Virus record (IMG/VR): IMGVR_UViG_3300023174_000046
Coordinates: 124,001-188,000 of that record
DNA: 64,000 nt
Strand: one strand, 5' to 3'
The translations under genes and the position numbers were made by a program. The notes under the pieces are model-generated. The model was not told the DNA's origin and did no database searches. It saw only the letters and a list, made by a program, of their open reading frames with translations. Positions within the stretch are counted from its first letter, which is position 1. Every line of letters starts with the position of its first letter. Shown here piece after piece: positions 40,085-50,466 of the stretch.

Positions 40085-41161
40085 ATGGAATGCACAGCAG
40101 TCACGCCAGTAACAGCGTTCGTTAGTACCAATCTTAATAGTAAAATCACTAATTATAATAGATTAGGTGAACGAATTTCACGTGCGCTTGGCGCCCCATT
40201 AATCAATCTTGAAGTACATCAAGATCAACTGTATGAGAACATATCTATTTCTGCAGAAATGTTTACTAAATTTGCTGGTTATACAGAAGAGCTTCTTGTA
40301 TTTGATTCTGATTTGTATGTTGATAATGTTGGGTTGAGATTAGATCAATTATATTCTATAACACCATTCTTTAACCGTGTAAATGTTAACGCTAGTGTGG
40401 TGTTTATTGCAAACACTGCTGTACCGAGCAGTGTATTTTCTGCTTCTTCATCTTTGAGTGCCACTTATGCAAGCGGGTTGTTTACAAATCAAATTCTCAA
40501 TCAAACATTATATGGTGCTATTACTGCGTATAATCTTGCTTTAAGTTCTTACTTTACACCATCTCAACCAAGCACAACACAATACGTTAATAGTTTTGAT
40601 TATGACATAATGGACTACCGCAAGGTAATAGATATTACAGATTTCGAAGAAGGATCAACAACCGGTGTCAATACATTGTTCACTATTGAACAAACTTTAG
40701 CTCAACAAACTTATTTTAGTTATGCAATGGGCAATTATGGTTTTGATCTTATCAGTTGGGTTGTTCTTAAGAACTGGTTAGATACCCGTGAAAAAGTTTT
40801 AGCACAAAGAAGATATATTCAATTTGACGATCGTACACAAATGATGACCATGTTCCCACCTCCTCGCACACCTGGAAGTGGTCATCGTTTCTATGGTGTA
40901 ATTTCTTGCTACGTGGAAAGACCTCTGCGTGATATTATTAAGGAACCTTGGGTCTATCAATACGCTCTCGCATTGACCAAGATTAACATTGGTCAAGTCC
41001 GTGGCAAATATAATAACATGAATTTACTTGGTGGTGGTGTGTTGAATTACAACGACATGCTACAGCAAGGTTTAGCCGAAAAGAAAGAATTGGAAGAAAG
41101 GCTTTATACAGGTGCGCCTGGGCTTGGAGATGTTGCTCCACCACAATTCTTCTTGGGCTAA
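40085..41161 (+). CDS. gp13: T4-like neck protein gp13
   Basis: RALGAPLINLEV..DQ, WVYQYALALTK..IGQVRGKY..LLGGGVLN...QG..E..ELE. Confidence 0.9.
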   Translation: MECTAVTPVTAFVSTNLNSKITNYNRLGERISRALGAPLINLEVHQDQLYENISISAEMFTKFAGYTEELLVFDSDLYVDNVGLRLDQLYSITPFFNRVNVNASVVFIANTAVPSSVFSASSSLSATYASGLFTNQILNQTLYGAITAYNLALSSYFTPSQPSTTQYVNSFDYDIMDYRKVIDITDFEEGSTTGVNTLFTIEQTLAQQTYFSYAMGNYGFDLISWVVLKNWLDTREKVLAQRRYIQFDDRTQMMTMFPPPRTPGSGHRFYGVISCYVERPLRDIIKEPWVYQYALALTKINIGQVRGKYNNMNLLGGGVLNYNDMLQQGLAEKKELEERLYTGAPGLGDVAPPQFFLG

Positions 41162-41162
41162 C

Positions 41163-41615
41163 ATGTTCGTTAAAAACGACAGATACAATCAAGGCATTTA
41201 CAAGCCGATCAATCCACAAAAATACAGAGGCAAAGGATATGCCATATATCGCTCTGGATACGAATTAAAATTCTTCAAATGGTGTGATATGAATTCCAGA
41301 GTGCTTGAGTGGGGTAGCGAGAATTTTGTAATACCATATCTCAATCCTCTGGATAGTAAGTATCATCGATATTTTGTTGATAACTATGTAAAGATCAAAT
41401 TAGATAACAATATAATAGAAAAGTATCTAATAGAGATAAAGCCTTTTAAACAAACGCTTAAACCTGTTAAAGGTAATAAGAAAAATACAACGTTTATCTA
41501 TGAAGCTAAAACATATGTTCAGAACCGTGCTAAATGGGATGCTGCAAAAGCCTTCTGTGATCAAAAGGGTTTTAAGTTTTTAATCATTACAGAGAACGAG
41601 CTAAACATTAAATAA
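41163..41615 (+). CDS. gp4: T4-like head completion nuclease gp4 (TnsA-like)
   Basis: QGIYKPINPQKYRG, YRSGYE, WGSE..IPY, HRYFVD, EIKP, AKWDAA, ITE. Confidence 0.92.
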   Translation: MFVKNDRYNQGIYKPINPQKYRGKGYAIYRSGYELKFFKWCDMNSRVLEWGSENFVIPYLNPLDSKYHRYFVDNYVKIKLDNNIIEKYLIEIKPFKQTLKPVKGNKKNTTFIYEAKTYVQNRAKWDAAKAFCDQKGFKFLIITENELNIK

Positions 41616-41619
41616 TTTA

Positions 41620-42327
41620 GTGAAAGATCGGGCATTTAGCTTTGAAATCAAAGACTTAATGATTCAATTTGTCGCTGCATTCGACAATGTAATTATTAAG
41701 AGGTATAATTCTATACGTGAAGAGCAAGATCAGATTCAGGTAAGATATGTTTACAGTCCAAAGCAACGTGTTCTATTTGATATTGTAAATAGATCTCAAA
41801 ATTTAACACTACCTGTTATTGCTGTATCTATTAATAGTGTGTCACGCGATAACGAAAGAGTCTTCAATAAGATAGCTGGCTTTTATACTAACAAGACACA
41901 AACTGAATCAAACCGAGGTGCAACATCTGCATACATGCGCACACCGGTGCCTGTTAACATATCTGTTAATATGTCTATTCTTGCAAAATATCAAAGTGAT
42001 ATGGATCAAATTATTTCTAATTTTGTACCTTATAATGACCCGTACATCATTATAAGTTGGAAGATACCTGAAGCAGCCGGTCTCTCTATTCCTCAAGAAA
42101 TAAGAAGCGAAGTATTATGGGATGGTAATTTGAACATGACATACCCAACAGACATTAACGCATCTGACAAGTATCGTATTTCTGCAGATACTTCATTCAC
42201 AATTAAAGGTTGGTTGTTCAAGGATCTATCTAAAAATGCTGTATCAAATATATTCTTTATTGATAATAATTTTAATTTAGATACTAGCTTTAGTTCACTC
42301 ACATCATTCGATGCAGATACCAGATAA
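41620..42327 (+). CDS. gp15: T4-like tail sheath stabiliser/completion protein gp15
   Basis: F...FDNVII.R, V..Y.PKQR, LP, PVP.NI..., D.DQII..F.PY, FTIKGWLF. Confidence 0.85.
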   Translation: MKDRAFSFEIKDLMIQFVAAFDNVIIKRYNSIREEQDQIQVRYVYSPKQRVLFDIVNRSQNLTLPVIAVSINSVSRDNERVFNKIAGFYTNKTQTESNRGATSAYMRTPVPVNISVNMSILAKYQSDMDQIISNFVPYNDPYIIISWKIPEAAGLSIPQEIRSEVLWDGNLNMTYPTDINASDKYRISADTSFTIKGWLFKDLSKNAVSNIFFIDNNFNLDTSFSSLTSFDADTR

Positions 42328-42332
42328 AGAAA

Positions 42333-43946
42333 ATGATCCTCGAGGCTATAGATGGCAGTATATTAATTGCGCTTGATGATGCAATCTTACTAGATGTAGG
42401 AAGTACACCGCCCGCTCCAGACACAAATTATACAGAACTCCCACAAGGTGAACCTCTTACACTTTCACTTCAAAGTTACAACTTGTTAAGAACCAACGGT
42501 GTGTATTTGTGTGGAGCTGATTATTCATCAGTAACTGATTATTTGAGTACAGGGTTTTTCGATGGTTACGTAAATGTTGAAGATTTTAAAAACACAAAAA
42601 GTTTATCTGGGTATTTTCCTTCGTTCTCTGCATATAAAATTTCAACAAATGCATACAGAGTAGCAAATAATAATATTATTGATGTAAAGTTACCGCCAGT
42701 AGCAATTTCATACGATACAGATGCATCGTTTAATATTATTGTAAAAAATACAGGTGGGTATAGTAAGAGCAGGTTATATTACCCAGCTAGCATCGAACCT
42801 TCACCAACGCCCACACTAACTGTCACACCAACTGTCACACCAACTGTCACACCTACAGTAACGCCATCTGCAACACTCCCACCCCCTTTACCAAAGAAAT
42901 TGCTTAGCACAGGAAACAATTTATATGGTCAATTGGGATTGGGCAACAGTGGTGCTAGTACAAGCAGAAACACTCTCACTCCATTGACTGGCAATTGGTT
43001 ACAGGTCACATGTGGGTATTGGCACACCATGGCGCTGTCTGCTGGTGCTACAAAATGGTTTAGCGCAGGAAGCAATTTCAGTGGTCAATTAGGATTAGGA
43101 TTGGAATTTGGTAACACCAGAAGCACATTCACTCCATTGACTGGCAATTGGAGTCAGATGGCATGTGGTCACAGCTACACCATGGCACTGTCTGCTGGTA
43201 CTACTCGGTTGTTTGGCACAGGACTCAATTCCTTTGGTGGTTTTGGATTGGGTGATACAGTTCGGAGAAACACCTTCACTGCACTGACTGGCAACTGGTC
43301 CCAGATGGCATGTGGTGTGGGTCACACCATAGCATTAAGTGCAGATACAGACAGGTGGTTTATCACAGGAGACAATTTCAGCGGTCAATTAGGCTTAGGT
43401 GACAGTGGCAGCGCTACTGATAGACTCACTTTTATAGCATTGACTGGCAATTGGTCACAAGTCAGATGTGGTGGGTATCACACCATGGCACTGTCTGCTG
43501 GTACTACTCGGTTGTTTGGCACAGGAAACAATAGCAGCGGTCAATTGGGATTGAGCGACACAACTAATAGAAACACTTTCACTGCATTGACTGGCAATTG
43601 GTCACAAGTCATATGTGGAAGCGAACTTACCATAGCATTAAGTGCAGATACAGACAGGTGGTTTATCACCGGGCGGAATGACAATGGTCAATTGGGATTG
43701 GGTGATACAGTTCAGAGAAACACCTTCACTGCATTGACTGGCAATTGGTCACAGTTTGCATGTGGTAGGTTTCACACCATGGCACTGTCTGCTGGTACCG
43801 ATGCATGGTTTGGCACAGGAAACAATAGCAGCGGTCAATTGGGATTGGGTGATACAGTTCAGAGAAACACCTTCACTGCATTGACTGGCAATTGGTTACA
43901 ATTCATATGTGGAAGCGAACACACCATGGCATTGAGCGCTACATAA
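42333..43946 (+). CDS. Ig-like domain, PT stalk and 7-bladed RCC1/BLIP-II beta-propeller
   Basis: Seven G.N..GQLGLG....R.TF..LTGNW.Q..CG..HT.ALS repeats after a TPTV linker. Confidence 0.9.
   Translation: MILEAIDGSILIALDDAILLDVGSTPPAPDTNYTELPQGEPLTLSLQSYNLLRTNGVYLCGADYSSVTDYLSTGFFDGYVNVEDFKNTKSLSGYFPSFSAYKISTNAYRVANNNIIDVKLPPVAISYDTDASFNIIVKNTGGYSKSRLYYPASIEPSPTPTLTVTPTVTPTVTPTVTPSATLPPPLPKKLLSTGNNLYGQLGLGNSGASTSRNTLTPLTGNWLQVTCGYWHTMALSAGATKWFSAGSNFSGQLGLGLEFGNTRSTFTPLTGNWSQMACGHSYTMALSAGTTRLFGTGLNSFGGFGLGDTVRRNTFTALTGNWSQMACGVGHTIALSADTDRWFITGDNFSGQLGLGDSGSATDRLTFIALTGNWSQVRCGGYHTMALSAGTTRLFGTGNNSSGQLGLSDTTNRNTFTALTGNWSQVICGSELTIALSADTDRWFITGRNDNGQLGLGDTVQRNTFTALTGNWSQFACGRFHTMALSAGTDAWFGTGNNSSGQLGLGDTVQRNTFTALTGNWLQFICGSEHTMALSAT
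42900..43943 (+). repeat. Seven near-identical ~150-bp RCC1 repeat units
   Basis: Recurring DNA such as ggtcaattgggattgggtgatacagttcagagaaacaccttcactgcattgactggcaattgg. Confidence 0.9.
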
Positions 43947-44019
43947 TAATTGTATAGTTTCTTAAATGGTCTTTAATTTTAGACAAGTTATTCGTAAGGA
44001 ATTTTAATAAATATATACA

Positions 44020-47000
44020 ATGCCAACGTATAAGAAATTTACAGATTTTAGTCTTGTAACTGCACCTGCAGACGCAGATTTCATAGTGGGCTACAAGGCA
44101 GATGCATCTGCGGAGCAACGCACCACAGTGAATGATTTGCTCAGTACAAGTCTTGCCTCCAAAGGTGTATTTTTACAGGGTGACCTAAGTGTTGCAATTG
44201 GTGGTGATGGTAACACGGTCAATTCACAATGCATGGCCATTGGTGACGCAAATGTTGCTCAGGGGCTCAATTCTTTGGCTCAGGGTTATTCCAATGTTAC
44301 AGCTTTACTGTACAGCACTGCTATGGGCTATAACAACAAAGCAACAGGTGATGTGGCATTTGCACAAGGTGATTCCAATCAGGCCACAGGTGAAGCCAGC
44401 TTTGCACAAGGCACTCTCAACATTGCAGAAGGTACAGACAGTCAAGCACAAGGCTTCCGCAACATTGCTTCAGGTCCTTATTCACATGCACAAGGCTACA
44501 ACAATTGCACTGGAGGCTATGTGACCGGTAACATTTCATATGGTGCTGCACATGCACAAGGTGGTTACAATGTGGTGGCCATTCCACTTGCACATGCACA
44601 AGGTTTTGCAAACAAAATTGGTTATTATGAATATGCAGATTGGTATGCAACCAACCCACCTCGCCTGGGATTTGGTTACAGTGACCGAACTTTATCCGGT
44701 TTGAATGTGTATGGTTTGAACAATCCTGCATTGAGTTCTTCTGTGCGATTGTTTTTCATTGGTGACAATGGTATCAATACATATTCTGCCTGTGTTTCCT
44801 GCACACAGGCCAATTACTATGATCCATTTAGTCAAACAACTGGATTTACAATTTTCTTAAAAAATGATGCATCTGCTGTATTGCCTGCAGACGACTACTA
44901 TAGTCCTTCAATCATATGTGTGCCTATCACAGCATATGATGGATCCACCAGTTTCAGTAACTTTGGTGTTGCAGCTTATGCACAAGGCCTTCAAAATGTT
45001 GTAGCTGGTAATTACGCATATGCGCAAGGAATTAGCAATACAGCTCAAGGATATGCCAGCCATGCAGCAGGTTATGCCAGTAGCACAGGACCAAATGCAG
45101 TATATGCTTTTGCACATGGTTACAATTGCATAGCTTATGGTCGTTATAGCCATGCCATAGGCATAAAAGCATATGCACAGCATGATAACAGTTATGTGTG
45201 GAATTCTGATCCAAATCCTACAGGAAATTATTTTACTTCATCTCTGAGTGCACAATACAGTGTGAATGCACCCGGTGGCATTGTGCTCAGTGGAGGCAAC
45301 ACATCAGTGCAAGGGTTGGTAGTTAAGAATGGAAATAATATAGTTGCAGAACTTACTGATGGGACCAAAAACTGGATCTATGGTGGTTTAAGCGCCAGCA
45401 CATTGTTTGGTTATGGCAACAGTGCAGGCTTTTTCTATAGAGGCATAGGTCTTGCCACTGGCAATGTAGCTGTTAGTATCAATGGTGTTGCAAATTATGC
45501 TAATAGTGGGATCACAGATATTAATGGGGCATATAATTTTGTTTATAGTGATCTAGGCAGAGTTTCTGGTATTTCAAATGTGTTGGGTATGGAGAGTGGA
45601 TCTGTGGAAGGAGCCCTCAACACAGTTGGTTCACCTTTTACCATATCAAGAATAGTTTCAGCTTCAAATACCATATTTGTTCATTCTACTTTCATAAACA
45701 ACAATACCAATAGTTTTTATTTTAGACCTAATCAAGTCATACAGATAGATGGCATAGTGGGCAATACTTATAATAACTCAGCTGCCAGCAGAGTAAACAC
45801 CCGCTTCACAGTTGTATCATCTGACACAACAGCCAGATCAATTACTGTTGTTGAATCTGTAACAGCAATGCAAGATTACCGAGACAATCAGCCATTTACC
45901 GATCAAAGATATGTTGTGGCAGTACAAGGCCGTAATACAAGCAATACTTTAAATGTAGCGGGTGCTCATGCTGAGGGTATGGGTAATACGGTTTTTAGTC
46001 GAGCAGGGCATGTTGAGGGAGAAGCTAATGTAGTTACCGGTTCAGATGGACATGCAGAAAATTTTGGTAATTTTGCTGCCACTGGTGCACATGCAGAAGG
46101 TAATGAGAACCGGGCCGGTTTTGGTGTTCTGTATTTTGATTCCTATAATGCCAGTACAAAGACTTTTCAGTTGTTTACAAACTTTCTCAGCGCACATAAC
46201 ACCATTGATCTTCCTCTCACACCAAACTCTACTCTGTATTTTATTAATGTAGCTGCTGGCGCTTCAAACAAAAGAAAATTTACTAGATTTTTGGTGCTTT
46301 CATCAGATCCAGCGCTCAACACAGTAACAGCTTTATCAGCTGTGTATCCTGATGACATACCTAGTTCAGGAGTTTCTACATTGACCCGTGCAAAACAATT
46401 GCTTCAATCACTCAATAGTTATACACATGCAGAAGGATCATTCAATAATGCAAAAGGTCCATCAAGCCATGCAGAAGGTGCATTTACTATAGCTCAAGGA
46501 TCTTATTCACATGCTGCAGGTGTCAATGCAACTGCCAAGCAAGATTATACATATGCATGGAGTAGCAATGATGGTGCTGGTCCTCAAAGCAATCGTAAGA
46601 ACACAGAAACAACTCGCACTGGCCAATACATGGTGTCAGCACATGGCGGCATATTCTTCCCTGGCAAAGTGGGCATTGGCACTGATAGCATAGAAAATGC
46701 ATTAACTGTAGCTGGTACCATATCTGCTACTACCATAACAGCAGATAGCATTTCATACAATGGTGCAGGGTTCAATACATTACCCACATACAAAACTTAC
46801 CAAGTCAATTTAGCTGCTAAAAATTCTGCATGGCCTGTCATTTCAGCTGCACAGCTAGCTGAAACTGGTTACTATGATAGTGGTGCTGCATATGCCATGC
46901 CTGGCGGTCTTGTCATCAAAGGTCATTCACCTGCTTACAACACCAGCATTCAAAACTTACCTGGTTATGGCACATACGGCATGTGGCTTCAAGGTGTAGA

Positions 47001-48717
47001 TCAAATGGATCCAGGTACCACTTTTGTGAGTGATGGGCGTGCTGCAGTAACTCATGCCATGACATTCCGAGCAGGTATCAATAACTTTACCGGGGGATCA
47101 GATCATAATCACGTGCAATGGCAAGGCGCCCCTTCCAATCCTACCCAAGCATGGCAAATGACCAATGGTGGATCAACAAGTGTTTATGGTTATGGTGCCA
47201 ATACATATTCACAAAGATTTCTTGTACATACACTGCCACAATATCAAATCAGTACCACCATTGCAGCTGTTAGCGGTTTCCTTGACACTCAATCAGCTAC
47301 CCTTGGTGCAGATTCAGATACACTGTCAGGAGTTAAACTTATTCTTGATACTACTGCTGGAGTAGGCAATTATGGGTTAATTAATGTGGGAGAGGTGGTT
47401 GGGTTTGTAGTTAATCCGGGATTGGTAGGCTTGGTTGCTGCAGCTTACGAAACACAATGCACATTAATTTCATCCAATAACACTGGTACATTATCGACAT
47501 TTCAATTTAATTTCTTTATTGGTAACGGTGACAACTGGAGCTCTGCAAACAGAGGTATTCAACCAGTTAATTTAAAATCTAGAGCTGAAGGAGGCAATCC
47601 AGGCGTAAATCAAGTTACAAGTCAAATTGGTACCCCCAGCACACAGTACATAGGTCTCACCGGCAGTTACAGAGGCATGAACAAGCATTGCTTAGCCCGC
47701 TTCACTACAGGTGATATTTTAACTGGCTTCAAGCCAGGCTCTCCTCTCACATTGTGGGTACCTAAGAGCATGCCATCATCTTCTCCAATTGGCTCTGGTT
47801 TCATCACATCTGATAAAATTTCAACCTTTGCACAAGGCACATTCCCCACTGGTGTGCGCACAGGTTATTTTGATGCTTATGTAGTGAATGTGAGTGGTGG
47901 AGACATGGAATTTGCTTTGTGTAACTTGATGGATTCATATGGATTTGAAAACAGGTCTTGGCCCATATCTGCTGCTGGAAATGCGGGGTGGTTGTTGTAC
48001 GGTGGCACACAAGACACAGTGCATAGACCCACATTTGGTACTGCTGGTTTTTATTTTGAAAGAGAACCTTGGTACTTTTCTGGCCCGGATTATAACTACC
48101 TAAGCGGTGGCATGGTCAAGTGTGTTGGCTTAGGTAACTCAGAGGTGTATGGTGATTACTCTTATGGCTTGGGTTACCGTGGTGCTGTGTTAGGTAAGAA
48201 GTCCGGTACATTTGCAGGTGATTACAATGCAGTATTTGGTGATAATTCAGTAGCCATCGGTGGCAGTAATTTAATCTCTACAAGTGGCAATCAGGTAGTC
48301 ATTGGCACGTATAACAACCCCAACACCAATTCATTGTTTGTAGTTGGCAGCGGCGCATCAGATAAAAATAGAAAGAATGTATTTGAAGTAAAAGGAAATG
48401 GAGACACTACACAGTCTGGATTTAATATTAGAAGTTTCTCTCTTATTGCTGCTGCTGGTAGCAATCAAGCAACTGCTACAGAAATAACAACAGAAATTGT
48501 TACTGTTACCGGAGGTACCGGTGGTGTTAGATTGCCTGTTACAAATGGAGGTCATTACATAACATTAAATAATAGAAACATAGCTTTCTCACTTTACCCT
48601 CCCGTAGGTGGTATAATCATAGATCAGAGTATTGGTGTTAATCAACCATATGTTAGCCAGTGGTTCGGTAGCTTGATTATGTATTCGATTAGCGCTAATA
48701 CCTGGGCACTTTACTAA
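44020..48717 (+). CDS. Long fibre/adhesin with YadA-head-like (AHAQG/SHAEG) repeat clusters
   Basis: Several clusters of ~14-aa AQG/AEG repeats interleaved with globular inserts; VIGTYN..LFVVGSG..RKNVFEV neck motif; late promoter. Confidence 0.8.
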   Translation: MPTYKKFTDFSLVTAPADADFIVGYKADASAEQRTTVNDLLSTSLASKGVFLQGDLSVAIGGDGNTVNSQCMAIGDANVAQGLNSLAQGYSNVTALLYSTAMGYNNKATGDVAFAQGDSNQATGEASFAQGTLNIAEGTDSQAQGFRNIASGPYSHAQGYNNCTGGYVTGNISYGAAHAQGGYNVVAIPLAHAQGFANKIGYYEYADWYATNPPRLGFGYSDRTLSGLNVYGLNNPALSSSVRLFFIGDNGINTYSACVSCTQANYYDPFSQTTGFTIFLKNDASAVLPADDYYSPSIICVPITAYDGSTSFSNFGVAAYAQGLQNVVAGNYAYAQGISNTAQGYASHAAGYASSTGPNAVYAFAHGYNCIAYGRYSHAIGIKAYAQHDNSYVWNSDPNPTGNYFTSSLSAQYSVNAPGGIVLSGGNTSVQGLVVKNGNNIVAELTDGTKNWIYGGLSASTLFGYGNSAGFFYRGIGLATGNVAVSINGVANYANSGITDINGAYNFVYSDLGRVSGISNVLGMESGSVEGALNTVGSPFTISRIVSASNTIFVHSTFINNNTNSFYFRPNQVIQIDGIVGNTYNNSAASRVNTRFTVVSSDTTARSITVVESVTAMQDYRDNQPFTDQRYVVAVQGRNTSNTLNVAGAHAEGMGNTVFSRAGHVEGEANVVTGSDGHAENFGNFAATGAHAEGNENRAGFGVLYFDSYNASTKTFQLFTNFLSAHNTIDLPLTPNSTLYFINVAAGASNKRKFTRFLVLSSDPALNTVTALSAVYPDDIPSSGVSTLTRAKQLLQSLNSYTHAEGSFNNAKGPSSHAEGAFTIAQGSYSHAAGVNATAKQDYTYAWSSNDGAGPQSNRKNTETTRTGQYMVSAHGGIFFPGKVGIGTDSIENALTVAGTISATTITADSISYNGAGFNTLPTYKTYQVNLAAKNSAWPVISAAQLAETGYYDSGAAYAMPGGLVIKGHSPAYNTSIQNLPGYGTYGMWLQGVDQMDPGTTFVSDGRAAVTHAMTFRAGINNFTGGSDHNHVQWQGAPSNPTQAWQMTNGGSTSVYGYGANTYSQRFLVHTLPQYQISTTIAAVSGFLDTQSATLGADSDTLSGVKLILDTTAGVGNYGLINVGEVVGFVVNPGLVGLVAAAYETQCTLISSNNTGTLSTFQFNFFIGNGDNWSSANRGIQPVNLKSRAEGGNPGVNQVTSQIGTPSTQYIGLTGSYRGMNKHCLARFTTGDILTGFKPGSPLTLWVPKSMPSSSPIGSGFITSDKISTFAQGTFPTGVRTGYFDAYVVNVSGGDMEFALCNLMDSYGFENRSWPISAAGNAGWLLYGGTQDTVHRPTFGTAGFYFEREPWYFSGPDYNYLSGGMVKCVGLGNSEVYGDYSYGLGYRGAVLGKKSGTFAGDYNAVFGDNSVAIGGSNLISTSGNQVVIGTYNNPNTNSLFVVGSGASDKNRKNVFEVKGNGDTTQSGFNIRSFSLIAAAGSNQATATEITTEIVTVTGGTGGVRLPVTNGGHYITLNNRNIAFSLYPPVGGIIIDQSIGVNQPYVSQWFGSLIMYSISANTWALY

Positions 48718-48725
48718 ACAAAAGC

Positions 48726-48753
48726 TTGACTACATTGAACGTTCCTTTATAAT
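48726..48753 (+). promoter_or_regulatory. sigma70-like early promoter
   Basis: TTGACT-N16-TATAAT in the gap after the fibre gene. Confidence 0.75.
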
Positions 48754-48760
48754 GGGAACA

Positions 48761-49261
48761 ATGAAATCAAAAGTACTTACTTGTATTGTGTCTGGTATTG
48801 AGAAGCGGGTGTCTGGCAGTACCATGAACAAACAATCATTAAAGTTTGGCAATGAAGAACAGTTTGAAAGTCATTTTGTTTGTCGAGAAGCCAAGCAACT
48901 ACTCAAGAAACGCATTCAACCTGATCAAGTACAAGCACAATTGCTTCCCAAAGGCAAAAGACCATTCAGTATTGATCTAGTAGCATTGGCTCGTCTCAAG
49001 CTTCTCAAGAAACCCAAGTCAGAAAAAAGCAAAGCCAGTACTAATATTGTTTTTGAGCCAACAGGGCCCAGAGAATTTGATAGCTTTCGCGCTTATGTGG
49101 AAGAAATGACTGGTGGCAAGAATCGCTGTCAAGTGGTGCAAGGCGGCACATGCATTCGACCAGACATTTATTATGATAATGAATTCAGTAAGCAGGGCAA
49201 TTGTTACACCTGCACATACAAAGAGTTTTGTTTGTGTGCCAATAAAAAAGTGTTGATGTAA
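48761..49261 (+). CDS. Cys-rich hypothetical early protein (start probably MKSKV)
   Basis: LTCIVSG, FVCREAK, C-terminal CIRPD..C..C..C.C; the ATG at 48752 lies inside the -10 box. Confidence 0.6.
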   Translation: MKSKVLTCIVSGIEKRVSGSTMNKQSLKFGNEEQFESHFVCREAKQLLKKRIQPDQVQAQLLPKGKRPFSIDLVALARLKLLKKPKSEKSKASTNIVFEPTGPREFDSFRAYVEEMTGGKNRCQVVQGGTCIRPDIYYDNEFSKQGNCYTCTYKEFCLCANKKVLM

Positions 49262-49287
49262 AGCACTTTTACCGGTATAATACTTGT

Positions 49288-49575
49288 ATGCTAAAAAAGA
49301 AAGACGCATACGCAACAACAAGTAAACTTTGCCGGGTTCTGTCTGCCAGAGAAAGGGGGGAGCGGTTTCCAGTTATTGAGTTAAATTTTCTAGCAGATAA
49401 AACTGTTAGCACTGGCCACAAGGTGTATGTCAATTTAGATTGTGCTAAACGTCTGTTAAGCAATTTACAGAATAACATTGATGTGATTGAATCTACTTAT
49501 GATGCAGCTAATTATTATGAGAGACGCAATTATGAAACTGCCAACGGAACTCGAAGAGATTCAGAACACAATTGA
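49288..49575 (+). CDS. Hypothetical protein
   Basis: ORF 6 nt after a TATAAT. Confidence 0.6.
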   Translation: MLKKKDAYATTSKLCRVLSARERGERFPVIELNFLADKTVSTGHKVYVNLDCAKRLLSNLQNNIDVIESTYDAANYYERRNYETANGTRRDSEHN

Positions 49576-49837
49576 GACGCACAACAAAGACGTCTTCATT
49601 GATACACACAGTTTATCTAATTTAGGCATATACCCTATATTGGGTGAAAATAGTTTCGTAGGGTTTGTTTACATCTACGAAAATAAAATTAAAGAGTTTG
49701 GCATACTCAACAACAATATAGTTGAATATGCACTAACAGAAGGTTTTAAAATAAACGATATTTACAAATCTTTTGATCGAAAATTGTTTTCATTTTACAG
49801 CAAAGAAGAGTTTTTACAAAAGCTTTTGCACAGTTAA
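49532..49837 (+). CDS. Hypothetical protein (start probably MKLPT)
   Basis: ORF in a packed run of small genes. Confidence 0.5.
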   Translation: MKLPTELEEIQNTIETHNKDVFIDTHSLSNLGIYPILGENSFVGFVYIYENKIKEFGILNNNIVEYALTEGFKINDIYKSFDRKLFSFYSKEEFLQKLLHS

Positions 49838-49840
49838 TAT

Positions 49841-50146
49841 ATGTTTAAAAAAGAATTAAATATTGATATGGAGTTGCCAGAGAAACTTAAAGATCAAGAG
49901 GCTTTGGTCAAGTGGTATGTCAAAGGAATTAACCGTAAAATTTTTACAGCTAAATTCATTGATCCGGTTTCTGCATCAGAAGCTGCCACAAGAATTTTAG
50001 AGACTGAAATGAGAGCCAACGATAAGATTACACTGGCGAAAAAGATTGATGTATATGGCACTCACAAAAACTCAAAAGTGCATACTTTTGACCCAGATAT
50101 TATTGCCGCAAATGCAGGCTACTATTCTCTTAAAAAAAATAATTGA
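49841..50146 (+). CDS. Hypothetical protein, likely paralogous to 53431-53721
   Basis: Shares W.(V/I), AAT...E and (I/V)ANAG with 53431-53721. Confidence 0.55.
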   Translation: MFKKELNIDMELPEKLKDQEALVKWYVKGINRKIFTAKFIDPVSASEAATRILETEMRANDKITLAKKIDVYGTHKNSKVHTFDPDIIAANAGYYSLKKNN

Positions 50147-50170
50147 TTATTATTTTGAATATATTATAAT
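50143..50170 (+). promoter_or_regulatory. sigma70-like promoter
   Basis: TTGATT-N16-TATAAT. Confidence 0.7.
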
Positions 50171-50176
50171 AGGGGT

Positions 50177-50416
50177 ATGTTAAGCAATAAACGTAAACAT
50201 ACAAGGAAAGGAGGTAGCAAAGTGATCGACTATAATAACCGTAATCTTCGCGCGAAGACGTTCTACGCAAAGTTCACCCGGAACCGCAATGGTTCTTTTG
50301 AACTTGCTCGCGTTAACGTTCTTGACGTTAAGAATCAGTACGCACAGCGTATTCGTCGCGCCGACAAGCGTGACTTTACCCGTGCCCTACGCAACAACAA
50401 CATCGTTGTAGCCTAA
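50177..50416 (+). CDS. Small, very basic protein in its own transcription unit (alternative start GTG 50222 after AGGAGGT)
   Basis: Arg/Asn-rich; CGC/CGT/AAC/TTC codon bias; own promoter and terminator. Confidence 0.75.
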   Translation: MLSNKRKHTRKGGSKVIDYNNRNLRAKTFYAKFTRNRNGSFELARVNVLDVKNQYAQRIRRADKRDFTRALRNNNIVVA

Positions 50417-50466
50417 GTGCTGGTTCAAGTTGCCCGTGCTACCTTGGAACGTACACGATTTTCGCC

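Noticed and set aside
42325-42335. Readthrough or frameshift fusion of gp15 with the RCC1 gene
   Set aside because: Different frames, no slippery heptamer, and the downstream gene has its own ATG
18752-43946. Diversity-generating retroelement suggested by the Mtd-N domains and variable RCC1 codons
   Set aside because: No reverse transcriptase or non-coding template repeat in the window, and the repeat differences are not restricted to adenines
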